Source of the DNA: Botryllus schlosseri
Lineage: Eukaryota
Direction of reading: 5' to 3'
Assembly (NCBI GenBank): GCA_051294905.1
Contig: CM119372.1
Coordinates: 1,986,001-2,050,000 of the forward strand
DNA: 64,000 nucleotides
In this document: positions 51,201 to 64,000 of the stretch, piece by piece
How the letters are laid out: each line of letters begins with the position of its first letter
Numbering within the stretch: position 1 is the first letter of the stretch
Notes under the pieces: generated by a model
The model's database searches: none
Told to the model about the DNA's origin: nothing
Seen by the model: the letters and a program-made list of their open reading frames with translations, nothing else
Translations under genes and position numbers: made by a program

Positions 51201-52331
51201 TGTTACACGGCAACAGATCGGAACGCATAATGATATCGCGGTTACATAACCTACGTCCTTACGTGCAACATCATGTGGGTTAAAATGTTGCGTTTGATTT
51301 ATAACGTAGTTCAAGTCTGAGGTAATAGGTTCTGGTTTCGTCACATCACGGGTGGTACATGAGTGTGAATGCACACCTTTTTGACCAAAAGTGTAGTCTG
51401 TACAATTCGTGCATGTCACGCAAATGTAAATGACTGTTCATCATGAATCTGTCTTCCCAATTCAACAAAAGGCGAAATTCAACACGACTGCATACTTGTG
51501 TGCACTGTGCAGTACATAGTATCGGCGAAAATACACGATTATTGCAACGGACCACAAACCAAGTCACAAATAATACTAATTGCTTTCCATGCGCTGACTG
51601 CTGACTGGTGTGGAAAATCACATCAACTCCCTAATAGTTCTATAATTATTAAATATATAGGTTCCCAACGTAAATACTATTTTTCTCAAATCCAAAATTT
51701 TGTACTCCAATAACTTCGCTTCTGCCGGTTGGAATTGAGCCAAGTTTACGAAGCATCGCTTTTTTAGATAACTTAACAATATTTTTTTAACAAATTTAAA
51801 ATTTTCCAATTTTAATAGGTTTGCTTTTACATGTTGGAATCGAATTAAATTTGGTGTGTCGCGCTTTTTAGCAAACCTAATAATTTCTATCAGCATGACA
51901 GTCAAATTTGAAGAAGAGGGTTATTTTTGAAAAATTCTAGTGCTAATCCAAATTTAAAACGTGCCATATATACCAGTAATTAGAAATTTATCAGGTATCT
52001 TCTGATGTAGATGTCATTTTTATCCACAGACATCGTGTCCGGTTGGACCGGGTGGTTCAACGTCGACAAACCGTCTGTCGGAGGAGGAGACTTCGAAACT
52101 ATCTCCAACATAAAAATGAGAAAAAGGAGTGATCAAAGATATTGTCGTTCCACCCCGAAAAAGATCGTCGTCGTTCGCGCGAAGGATCATAAAGACCCGC
52201 GCAGGCTTGGACAGTCATATTACGCCCACCCGACATACGGCTTCAAGTGCTACAACAGAAAGCAAAGGAGGAGTAAATATTCCTATGCGCCAGCCGTATG
52301 CTTCGACTATAAAGTGAAATTCTTCTGCTAA
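42287..52331 (+). CDS. Secreted protein with four WxxW (mucin CysD/CILP-like) domains, 8 exons, 432 aa
   Basis: Exons 42287-42335, 42919-43099, 43937-44073, 44712-44892, 46031-46164, 48925-49105, 49811-49944 and 52030-52331. All AG/GT, phases consistent, 1299 nt open. Signal peptide MRVHLICGVILAFSSS; domain pattern WTxF/W-D-x-D…GD-x-ETL…IC…GFxC-x-N-xx-Q…[10 protein letters not shown]. Confidence 0.88.
43200..43420 (+). mobile_element. tRNA-derived SINE-like repeat (decayed)
   Basis: A-box TAGCGCAGTGG and a B-box-like GAGTACGACTCC; similar head on the minus strand at about 62010-62085. Confidence 0.5.
46830..48330 (-). mobile_element. Penelope-like retroelement in intron 5 of WxxW gene A, frameshifted
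   Basis: ORF pieces 48323-47949 (DITSLFTNV, GLAMGSPLGP), 48018-47380 (RYMDDTF, VYRKPT) and 47331-47011 (GIY-YIG C-terminal part, AIGRHL). Confidence 0.92.
46863..46897 (-). ncRNA. Minimal type I hammerhead ribozyme (Penelope pLTR)
   Basis: Minus strand ACCC-CTGAAGA-G-TGTTGGCT-C-GAAA-AGCT-TC-GGGT; palindromic AAGCTT stem III. Confidence 0.75.
50167..50931. mobile_element. hAT-type MITE
   Basis: TSD CAATAAAC on both sides; TIR CAGGGGTCGCCAAC / GTTGGTGACCCCTG. The empty site is visible in the duplicated intron at about 46362. Confidence 0.9.
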
Positions 52332-52342
52332 AGGGTGAGTAG

Positions 52343-53979
52343 TAGGGTTGTCCATAATTTGGAAAATCTTACAAATCCTCGGTTGTAATGTCTTATTCCA
52401 TAGATTATTGATAAAAAACGACACTGAGCCTGAAAGAAGCTCACAGAAAGGCCGTTAAGATTTCGTGCAAAGCGTTTGAAAGTAGCTGCCGAAGAATGGG
52501 CGTGCCACCGACCATAGAACGGCGAGAAGATTAGTAATCAAGAAGCCACGGCTCTTGATTGGATAATCGGCTATGCTTCAATGACCACGTCAGCAGCAGC
52601 TTGCTGATTAGGTGAACAAGGAGTCTGCTACTGGCGGCGATTCTGAAAGCGCATTGTATGTAGGTTGACAGATAATGATTTAGGATTGATTCAAGGTATC
52701 TTGAGGTACGAAATACATGATGTACAAACAACAGCTGCTTCACAAAAACGTCTAAAGCACGACCGCTTCATTGTGAAGGAAACCGCTGTAGCCTATATGC
52801 CTTGTTTTCAACGAGGGAAAGCATAGGCGCTTATGCAAGTGGCAATGGATTCCTAGTTTCAGAAATAATATATCATTATTGAATACAAAGATAAAGCTTA
52901 ACAATGACACTATAAGTTAGGTGATCTTATTGGGCTCAGGTTGCAGTACATAGTTGAAGTTTTGAATGCTCTAGCGATCGGCTGAATCAGACGGTTAGGC
53001 TTAGCACTCATCAGATGTTTGCAGCAAATTGAATTCACTTGTAAATGTTTTCAAAGTCCCTAATGATGTCGCAGAAACGAGGTTTAAATGCAAGCACAGG
53101 CCCTGCTAGATATGATATGCAAACTATGTTGGATACTATGCACTATGCAGCATTGTCTGTGTTTACCTTTACACCCCTTTTCTGCGCGATTAAGGAATTT
53201 GACATATCATATCCAGCATATTATGTGCTTACTTTTACGCCTCTTTTCTGCGTCATCATCAAGGACTCTGGCAACACTTGCAAGTGAATACAGTTTGATG
53301 CAAGCATCTGGCAAGTGCCAAGCATAACCCGCTGATTCAGCCGACCCTTAGAGCTTTCAAAACTTCAACTATGTACTACAACCTGAGCGCAATGAGATCA
53401 CACAAACTATACTGTCATTGTTAAGCTTTATCTTTGTATTCAATAATGATATATTATTTCCGAAACTAGGAATCCGTCGCCACTTGCATAAGCGCCTATG
53501 CTTTTCCTCGTTGAAAACAAGGCATAGAAGCTACGGCGGTTTCTTTCACAATATAGCAGTCATGCTTTAGACGTTTTTGTGAAGCAGCTGTTGTTTGTAC
53601 ATCATGTATTTCGTACCTCAACTTACCCTTAATCAATCCTAAATCATTACCCGTCAACCTACATACAATGCGCTTTCAGAATCGCCGCCAGTAGCAGACT
53701 CCTTGTTCACCTAATCAGCAAGCTGCTGCTGACGTGGTCATTGAAGCATAGCCGATTATCCAATCAAGAGCCGTGGTTTCTTGATTACTAGTCTTCTCGC
53801 CGTTCGATGGTCGGTGGCACGCCCATTCTTCGGCAGCTACTTTCAAACGCTTTGCACGAAATCTTAACGGCCTTTCTGTGAGCTTCTTTCAGGCTCAGTG
53901 TCGTTTTTTATGAATAATCTATCGAATAAGACATTACAACCGAGGATTTGTAAGATTTTCCAAATTATGGACAACCCTA
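52343..53979. mobile_element. 1.64-kb foldback hAT-type element
   Basis: Arms about 52343-53125 and 53196-53979 are reverse complements, nearly identical distally; TSD GTGAGTAG at 52335-52342 and 53980-53987. Confidence 0.93.
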
Positions 53980-55522
53980 GTGAGTAGTTACGGCTCACAT
54001 TTTTATAGGATATTGACAGCAGATTTCAAACACCTGAAATACGATATAACATCGTTTTTGCTATTATTAGCGAATCTGTGATCCGTGATGGTTATTCTCA
54101 ATCATGATTTAACAAAAACCAAGCACTGAAAATCAATGCGTGTCGTTATGCTAATACTCGTGACTATCACACCCCAAACCCATCAATGAGGGGAGGTCGA
54201 AGGTGACCTAAAACTATATCATAAATCAGCGTAGTGTCTTTTGGGGCGAATTATATTTATAGCGAAAATTTTATTAGCGCGATATAGTTTCACCAGATCC
54301 TTTGATATTAATTTCGGTGCATGAATAAATTAATTAATTAATTAATACACATTATACAGAAATGAGTCCCATCGTATTAGAAATCATGAAGAAACGGCAT
54401 CCTGATATCGCACGAGGTCGTTGGGATGATTTATTCCAGGTGTGTGCAACCAGTGGGAGCGTGCTGGAATGTTAAGAACCGGCAATATTTTTCAATCAAT
54501 TTGGCAAATATTTCGTACATCAAACCGTAGCTCTGGCGCGGTTGCGACCCAACTTTCTATCCTTCGCGACCCGTAAAGAACCACTCGCGTAACCGATTCC
54601 GTTGCCAGCTGTTGGTGGGATTCCTTGCTCGAAAAGATGATTATGTCAAAACTAAAAATATTTGGCACGACATTTCGTGATGTTTTGACACTGACATAGT
54701 TTGGCAAGCTGCACATGAAAGGTCGCCGACCGCTGATCCAGCGTTTAGCGAATTCACACCAGACGGATGGGGTTTCACGGTCTTTATATACCCGAATATA
54801 TGTCCATTACCCATGTCTGAACTACTACAATTGTCTACCCCTATGAAAGAGAGAATAATTTAACGCGATTGTACCCTTTGCATTATCCTTCGTTTCGCGG
54901 TTCACACTTTCAAGAATTTTCATTTTTAATATGGTATTAATCCTTAACAATAAAGATACCACCCCGCCATGAAAATGATCTAGCTATGCCTACTAAATAT
55001 TTTGCAACACGTTGCTAATTTCAGAAACATACGGCATGGACGAGACTGGCCTAATACCATCTACTCACGGCATATAGAATATCCAAAGGTACCAAAATGG
55101 AAGCAACGTGGCATATCAGTTATATGTGCAGTGAACACATTGCAGCCGTCGCAACCTAAAAAATCGAATAAATGGAATCGCTTCATTGCATTTGTGTGAA
55201 TACGTTATTATTTGATGTCGAACTGATGTCACTGCGATTAGCGCGTAGATGTATGGCCTTTATTTCACCATGGTGCTACATTAATTCGACTTGTTGAGGG
55301 AACCTTTGGTCAAGAATGCATTGCGATAAGATTATAATGGAAATCAGTAGGCCTATACACTATACACGCGTATATAGTCGCGCATGGATACTCGCGATGT
55401 GTCTGTGAAGCCGCTGTAGGAATTAATGCGAAAAGCTATTTTGTAGATTTGCTCAAGACAGTGTAGCAGCATTGTATATCTATTGATTGACCAAATTTAA
55501 AGAGATTAGATTGATTTGGCAA

Positions 55523-55620
55523 GGGAGATAGCGTAGTGGTAACGCTAAGCGCCCACCAATCTGGCGGGCCTAGTTCGATTCCCGTCGGAGGTTTACCTGG
55601 GCTCCTCTTCCCCCGCCGTT
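55523..55620 (+). mobile_element. tRNA-derived SINE head
   Basis: Pol III A-box TAGCGTAGTGG (55529) and B-box GTTCGATTCC (55573); no complete cloverleaf. Confidence 0.55.
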
Positions 55621-56610
55621 GCCGTTCTTACGGCCACAAAAAAGCCCAGAAAAAGATTCGACGATAGAAAGCACTCACAAGGAATGGATAGAACTAGTAG
55701 AAAGGGCAGCGGCTTCAAGAAGATCAACATCGAAAAGAACTGCGACATCGGGCACTCTAGGCCGAAGTGGATGTTATATTAAAAGGATTGCAACTGCATG
55801 CGTGTCGTTCGACATCCTCCTATCTATCTGTTCATTGCATCGCATTGTGTCTTATCGCATTGTAAATTGTGTGTGTGACTTGTTCAGATAAAAAATATAA
55901 CCCAACGATTATTATATTCTTTATTCACAGTAAAACTGGTAAATACACACATAATCTGGGGAGCAACCTGCCTCCAAAGGAAAATTGAAGTAAATTTTTA
56001 AAATTTCAATGATACAGTCAAATTGTTATTCCTATGCAATACATGAAGAGGACAGATTACAGAATTGCAGTAGATGAAGAATTGGCAAGGGTTATAGAGC
56101 AGAGGTAGAGATGATTGAAAATGAAAAATCGAAATTACAGAAATTATGCTGTGATTCACAAGTGTAATTTTAGTCCAGTGGTGCATTCAAGATTATTAAT
56201 ATTAATATTATTATTATTATAAAGAGCTTCTCGGAGGTACAGAGCTTCAATATACAATATGAATTATACGGTATATACAATATAGAATATGAATATACGA
56301 TATGAATATATATTTCAAATATAGTGATTTGCGCTGCTTAAATCGTTTGACTGATGCACTCGCATTCAATTTCTCTTTTTATGCAGTACACAGCAATCGT
56401 GGTGTAATCTTTTATCTCATTCAAAGCGAGAACTCTGATTACAACCGGTAAAGGAGATTGGATTCTCATCAACGTCACAGCAGGCAATAATATGGACCTA
56501 CAATCATAGTTCTTCGTAGTGAGACTTGATTTTAATCATCTGATTACTTCCTATACTTAATTGCGTGATCGACATGGAGCCTGTGAAGAGATATTGCCTA
56601 TACTTTCGAC

Positions 56611-57756
56611 TAGGGTTGCATTTAAAAGAAAAATCAATTGAAAACAAACATGTTTAAAGCAAGGCCCTATAGTTTAGAACAATTTAGCCATGATCTCCTA
56701 CAGAAGAAAAATTAACATCTAAAATTATAATGGTTCGAGTGGACAGCAGCATGCAATGCTTTAAGGTGGTGCTTCTATTTAAAAAATATTTTAACGCGAC
56801 AAAATTACTGAGAGGAGTCCTTTGATTTCATCCATCATTTCACCAGATTCTTCCTCCTTAGCAATAATTTGATTCAATGTCTGAGTGCTAGTCTATTCGC
56901 TAACGCGGAGTGACCATTGTCAAGAGCGTCACAGCTGATTAACATTAGTATATGGCTCGTTGGAAATTACAATTGGAGGTTATAAGGACCAATATTACTC
57001 CTTTGACGAAAATGTTTCCCCACCCCTGTCTCAAAGGGACCAAAGGATATCTTTGATCAGGACAACATCGTCATGCAGAATTTTCACTGCTTGCAGTCAT
57101 CATCATCAAAACGTCCATTCGTTTCAGCTGATAAATAGCGTGTTATAACAAGGAATGGACACAATGTTTCGGATAATCTAATCAGAATCTTATTTTAATT
57201 CTAATGATTTGAGTCGAGTAGTGATGATATTTTTACTATCGGTACTGAAATTATACTCTCCTTGCCACTATGGTTAATTTTTCTACGGGAATTATAGTTT
57301 TGATACTATTTCCATATTGGAAGTCTGTAAACCTCAATTGATCGTTACCGCAGCATACGAAACATGTGGTACGAAGCTATGTACGATAGTGGAAAAGAAA
57401 TATCTGTGAAGTTGTGATGAATCAAGTCGACAAAATATCAAAGATTCTTTAAAGTAATGTAGTACTGGCATAGTATCCTTTGTAGTCGCATAAAATTTAA
57501 ATATTTAAAGGTGTACTCAGCCCGATAGATAGCTGGCTGAACCGACAACTATGTCGAGGCGTCCAATCATTCCATATCGTATACGTCGACTAGTGTTGTA
57601 CTGCAAGTCGATCGAAGGTACATATACTATACTATACATGCTTTTTCGAAAGTATCTAGACAATTATGACATAATTAACCAAATTATATGCAATTTGCTT
57701 AAAACATGTCTTAAGCAAAGTGTTTTAAAACGCCTCTTATTTTTAATGCAACCCTA
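56611..57756. mobile_element. hAT-type MITE (TAGGGTTGCATT family)
   Basis: TIR TAGGGTTGCATT / AATGCAACCCTA; flanks CTTTCGAC / CTTCGAC. Confidence 0.7.
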
Positions 57757-60700
57757 CTTCGACAGTTTTTCCGAAGTCAACCTTTTGATATGCTTGGGTT
57801 GCGTATTTTTCTGGCAATTTGCGTTATGGAGAGGCATAATATAGAACGTGACCTTTTCGGACAATGTGTGATTCGAAGCTCCGTCTCTTCACAATTCAAG
57901 ATAACAAGAATAATTCGGCCGTCTGTTTACATGTACAGAAGTAAATTAGTGGTGCTGTGACGTGATCGCCCCGATTTCGTGTGATTGGTAGGTTATAATT
58001 GTGTGTCTCGTGCCGATCAATTGGTCGATGCGTTGGATCGGCAGTGGTAATCCGAAATGATTATTATAGATTGTACAAAATATTTCTGATATGATGGCGG
58101 GAGGAATTTCCTGATATAATTATATAGCAAAAAAGAGATTGGAGATGCGAAACCAATGCCGTTGATGATACATGCGATTAATTCTTATTTTTAAATCGAA
58201 TGATGCAGTATTATGCTTCACTTAGAATGTTCTGACGTCGTCCTCAATTAGCCGTTACTTTTTGAATTCGTCCTATCATATGGGAAATCTTTGTTACTTC
58301 TTTACTCTGTTGATATTACGCTCGTGGTTCAAAGTACCTGTCGGTCGTAAGCTAGGCTTACCAAAATTTCAGCACCCTAAAAGAGGACATTTTTTACTGG
58401 CGAATGCGGTTGTGATTGATGATGTTTTACATTTCCTTGGTGATTTTGGGTGAAAGTTACAAAAGCAAGGCTGAGCAAAACTTACAAGAACAGACGCAAA
58501 CAACAAATTAAATTTATTTTTCAGATTCAGCCCATGAATACTTCGCGGTTCCTTTTGCCAATAAATGATCATTTTTAACGAGTTCGTTAGCTTGTTCACA
58601 CGAATTATCATTGAAATTATATACAACCGTTATGATGCTCGAAACTGACTCAATCAATAGGTCTGTTCAGGTTGAACTTTCGCCAGACATATTGCATCGA
58701 ATCCTCGAATGTAAAAGGACTCAAATCAATCAATCAAGAAGGTAGAGCTGGTATGAGGGCAGAGCTGAAAACCTTTTCTAAACCAGTAATTCAGCATTTT
58801 TCATGACTACAGTGATTTTGGCAGTAAAAAGTCTTGTTGAATGGTATAAGCAACTAACTCGAAATGTTAGTTAATGTAAGTTTAGTTTTATTTGTTATAT
58901 TAATCGCTAAAAATACTAAAAATATATTCATATTATCTAATTATACGTAGGCTACGTAAAGCTTTTCATCCGACTCCGATGAGACGTAGTGGCACGTATG
59001 GAGTCAGCATGTCCAAGTCGAAAACGGGAGGAAGAAACAGCGGCCTTTTCCACGGGCTATGACAAGTGACAACCTACGGCTAACAGCAACTAAAATAACT
59101 TCGAGTATATAATAACTGAAAGGTAATGCTGAAGTAACCAAGTATTCCGGCAGGGTCATATGTCGTATGCCGTTGAACGGAGTGTGCAATAAACTCGGAA
59201 TGAAGTGTAATTGAGGTATAGATTTACTGTACTCAGGCAAGTCGTATTATTGTATAATAAAAATGGCCATAATTGCAAATTATTAGCAACTTCTGGCGGA
59301 GGTATCTGCACCACCGCAACTAATCGTAATGGATTGAGGATGTAGCGGAGCGCATTAATCTTAGGAGTCGGTTTAAAATGTCTGCCCTGGAAATCATTGT
59401 ACATAATGTAAGAGTCACATGAATTGATTGTATCATTGGATTGAATATTCTGACATCGCAACTTCAGTGTGCTTGGTACAAGACATACAATGTGCATTGT
59501 ACAGCATGCATATTAAATAAATCTCCACTTCTCTGTAGTACCTCATTCACCAATGAATTGTTTGAATCTGACCCAAAATTATTATATACTTCCCCACAAT
59601 AGTGGAACTAAAATCCCAATCACGCAGTGGATGCGTGGATTTGATCACTGTGTTTCGCGACGCGAATGTAGCAGCGGACTATCACAATATACACAGAGTT
59701 TTAGCCTATGATCTACCAGGGCCGTAACTGCTGCACCCAAACCCCCAATTGCGGGAGCTCGAAGGGGCCCAAGATTATTTCGTTGGTCGTTTGTCGGAGG
59801 ATATTTATTAGACATGAAAATTTTCGTCCCGCTCTGCGCGATTTCACGGGCCGAAAGGTCTACATTTAAATATCATCAGTGACTTTAGAGAAAAATGCGC
59901 ATATTGTAGAGAAATATTAGCAACAGTTGTTTGCTAAAACAGGTGTAAAGCTAAGAAAAAGTCGGAGTCCACTTTTCCAGATTAGGACACGTCCTGGGCT
60001 GCTAGATTTCGATATGATAGGTAAATGCTAGATTGCGAAATGGTAGTTTCAAACGCTATGATGGGCCATACTTACTGTGATGAAATATTTCATATGGGAG
60101 ACAATGCAGTGTGAATGGAACCACGCAACCCGTTACCTAAATTATATTCACCGCTACGGTCGTGAAATCATATCGGTCTACTGTGCGCGAAGCGCGACGA
60201 AAATTCTGGGCTATGTTGCTACTCCGTGAAAACAGCCCCGAAATTCCTCAGGCTATCTTTCTGATTGGAGGATTAAACTAGCTCTAGTTGACAAACTGTA
60301 AATAGCGAACAGTAAGTAAGTAGATCACAAAATATTACGAAGTAAAAGTAGAAGTAGCGGGAGATTAGATCTACTTGAGTAAGTATTTAAGCAGTGGAAA
60401 ACTACTTGAGTACTTCAAAAAAGTAGAAGTTATTCGTTACTGACCACCTCTGGGTAAATATGGCCCGTTCGACGAAAAGGGCTTCCGACATCAGTCATAA
60501 ATACCCTAGAAATATCTTCAACCAGGACTATACATCGTTATGCAGAAATTTTACGGTCGGCGGTCATCATCATCAGAACACCCTTTCTGTACCAATGACT
60601 GATATCTACTCTTGAACCGACGACACTTTTCGAGGGTTCCAGCCAATCGACATCGTATACGTCGACTATATTGGGTGCAAATCGTCCGTAGGCTCATACT

Positions 60701-60926
60701 ACATGGACAAGTATGGCATAATTATATATACAACGTTTAAAAACATTTTTTAACAACACCGTCTGTTTTAAATGCAACCCTATATATGATGTTAATTTCA
60801 TTCATGTATTTTCCGCGCTGTAGGGATGTGCAACGTGTTGATCCTTTCTCCCTGTAGCCTATAGTTATCAGGTCGCTTACCCACGGGTAATATATAGCTC
60901 ACGCTCCCTGTATTGACCTTTTAGAG

Positions 60927-61793
60927 CTGTGGTTCTCAACCTTTACTAAGCCCCGGAACACTTACGCTAATCTGGCTAATCTGCAAGCCTTCGCGGTACA
61001 CCTATTTTTCGCCGAGTTGTAAATGCAAAAATATATCACACTACACAACTACCTCCTAGACATCTAATAGATTACTGGTGCACAAAATGAACTGTACATC
61101 AACAGACTGTTAAATGAACGAAACCATAAAGATATAATTTTCACACAAAACGAAAACATTATGATGAATATTTATTGCAAATTGGAGTGACTTGTGCTTA
61201 TCTATAGGGTTGCATTTAAAACAAAAAATCAATTTAAAACAAACATGTTAAAACAACGTCCTCGTTTAAAACATGTTTTTTTCGTTTGTTTTTAGCCATG
61301 ACGTCACGGATATCCGTGTGTGGCGTAATAATGGGCTGTTTAAACGACTATTTTCAGGGTCCAATCATCCCACATCGTATACGTAGGCCTTATCGGATGG
61401 TAATTGTCCGGAGGCTCATATAACATGTTTTTTGAAACCATCTACACAATTATGGCATAACTTTACAACTTTAAAAAAAATTAAAAGGCTATTGTTTAAA
61501 AGTCTTGGAAGTAGATTATGGCTATAAGCATTTCAGAAGATCGGGGTTTAGATTCCGAGCCCCAACCTCCCCTGCGTTTAAACGATACTGTACACGTATT
61601 AACGCCGCAACACAACAGTCACAATTCTACTACTGATCCAACCTATAATTGCCTGCAACCAATGATGGCCAAGGTGGGCGTATAACCACAAATAATATGG
61701 ATGAATTGAGCGCGTGTCTTGTCCTCCGTGGAACCCCCGAGACTGGCTCATGGAACCCATAGTGTTCCGTGGAACACCGGTTAGGAACCACAG
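60927..61793. mobile_element. hAT-type MITE
   Basis: TSD TTTTAGAG on both sides; TIR CTGTGGTTCTCAACC / GGTTAGGAACCACAG. Confidence 0.8.
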
Positions 61794-62337
61794 TTTTAGA
61801 GTATAGGGCTAGTGGTTGAAGTCACGTTAGCTTGGCTTAGGGGCTTGTTTGCATTTTAGTATATTCTTGGAGTTCCGACTACCGCGATCATTTAAACTAG
61901 GCCAACAACCATTATACTGATTCCTGGTGAGCCGGCTTGTAGCAAGGCCCTCTTTTATTCAAGGCTTTTTGTAAGACACCGCTTGCGCGAATCACATAGC
62001 GCCAGCACTAAGCAGGAATTCTGGGGTCGAGCTCGTATCCCATTGCTGATGCAGGTGTGGATCGTACCACTACGCTATCTCGCCACGTCCTGCTTCGTGA
62101 TCGAAAGCAATCACGCTACACCCATCATCACCGATTGCACGGTCAAGCATAGTTGCGCATGATAATTAGAGGCATTTAAAAATGTCATGTTTTCTGTTTC
62201 AATTTCAATTCAAATTATCGGATACACGCTACGCTATATTATATAATTAACTTCTCGCTATATATATATATATATGAACCATTGCTATCTCCGTTAGCAT
62301 GCAGAGATTCGCCTGTACTTAGAGTTATAACAGGACG

Positions 62338-63755
62338 GTGCGAGTTCTCTTGATCTGCGGCGCGATCCTTGCCTTCTCAAGTTCGGGTGAGTTTTACCAG
62401 ACAGAAGTTATTCAGAAGTAAAAAAGGTTAAATGATGCTTGTTTCCTATTAGTGTAACATTTAACCAAGTGATCAGTCAACGATTTTTATTTTGTTTTAA
62501 AGGATCTAGCCTACAGGGGATGTTTCGGGGTGATAACTGAATAGAGAGATTCCAATACGTCACGAGTCACGACTGCTTGTTCACTGACGCTGTCCACCAA
62601 TTATTTCATTTGTTTGAATTTCAGTTCACTCAGTACCGAAGTGTGATGGCATATGGACCAGATTTTACGACCGCGACGACCCATCTGGTCATGGAGATTA
62701 CGAGTTACTAAGTAATCTGAGGGAAAAGTATCCAGAAATCTGTTCCAGACCGTCCGGAATTGATGTTCGTCTGGTTCACCCATTAGCTGACGGAGTTGAC
62801 TATTGGTAAGATGCATCGTAGGACGTCTGCGCGAATAAGATTGTGAATAACTAAGCTACGGATTGATGCGAACTGGGCAACCAGAAAACAGCTAACAATT
62901 TCTCGTAGCTTCGTTAACAATTATAGTAATATTTTACCTTGCGACCCGAACGCAAAATTCACTCTTGAACGGAAGCTACTGTTGCAGTGATTCTGAAAAT
63001 ATATTATAAAGTCTTGGCAACGCACTGCAACTACCCCTAAATTTCCCTTAAAAGTTGAAAATCGGCATTTTAAGAAAATTCAGAGCGCCGCATAAAATGA
63101 CCATAACCGTCATGTGCGGTGCTGGAGCGGTAATGCTTTGATTTGGGCTGGGAAAAATCGAATACCTATGTGTCGACTTTCAATCGAGTATATACTCGAA
63201 TTATTTTGCCAGGTCTTGTAGTTCAGGTGTGGGATTCATCAAATCTTACGAGAATGCCTTTTCATCTATGGCGTTTTCGTCAGGAAATAACGGTTGAATT
63301 AATCGCATTTCAGGTACCTCGGTGGAAACATTATCGATGACAAAGATATGGGCCCGCACATCGGCTTCCAGTGCCGCAATAGCTTTCAGAAGGAGCGGAA
63401 GGCTCCACCGTGTGAGGACTACAAGATTAGGTTCTGCTGCAAATTTGTCGGTAAGAAATCATCCTCACTTTGACTTGAAGGTGTCGATTGCTAAAGATCA
63501 CCCTAGTAAACAGTAATGCCGAATAGATTTGCTTCTGCCTTTGATTAATATTATCAGTGTCTACGTGGAATAGTCCGATTATTTCAAGCCCCTGTTCTGA
63601 TGATAGGGGCGTGTATAATGTTATGGGTACTGCGATTTAACGCGCATTCTCATCATTTCAGAACCAACACTTCCGAAAGGATATCACTGGACTCAATGGT
63701 TCGATAGAGACGATCCTTCCGTTACTGGGGACTACGAAACCCTAAACGACTTAAG
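62338..63755 (+). CDS. WxxW-domain secreted protein paralog B (partial, continues beyond the window; GTG at the start position)
   Basis: Exons 62338-62386, 62625-62805 and 63314-63450 have the same sizes as in gene A (49/181/137). Exon 63662-63755 reads [23 protein letters not shown]. Frame open, splice sites intact. Confidence 0.75.
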
Positions 63756-64000
63756 GTATGAACGGCTACATCCTAATAGAACAGATACATCGACGCATAT
63801 TTAAATAGATTGCTTACATGCGGACGTGAAGTTAATTTGAATTTGTGTGTTTTTCGTGGCATATACTCGGTACTGTAGACAATTGACGTTTTCCGAACGA
63901 ACCCTCGACTAAAAGAAGGAAAACGATTTCAGATTATTAATGAGCCATACACAGCGCCTTTCGAATTTGATCAATGGATACGATAAAGTCACGGATCTGT

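Noticed and set aside
55523..55600. tRNA gene
   Set aside because: A and B boxes are present but acceptor and anticodon stems do not pair; better explained as a SINE head.

Overview
AT-rich, intron-containing, transposon-dense animal genomic DNA. An invertebrate such as a tunicate is plausible, but the species cannot be established from this window. Genes I could reconstruct by hand from GT-AG exons: a small secreted precursor with three near-identical RSRR-delimited peptide repeats (23915-24184, +); a 3-exon rolling stone-like membrane protein (32175-37797, -); an 8-exon secreted protein of four WxxW/CysD-type domains (42287-52331, +); and a tandem paralog of it that runs off the window and starts with GTG instead of ATG (62338-63755+, +). 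A 3'-only activin type II receptor kinase pseudogene lies at 19633-23216 (-). The rest is three decayed Penelope-like retroelements (two with intact minimal hammerhead ribozymes), many 8-bp-TSD hAT-type MITEs and foldbacks, a transposase remnant and tRNA-derived SINE heads. Main structural result: 13104-31112 reads as one nested transposon. A short host element with TIRs and a TSD is split by a 17.3-kb TIR-bounded segment that carries both the receptor exons and the intact peptide-precursor gene. All family assignments rest on recognised motifs; no database search was run.
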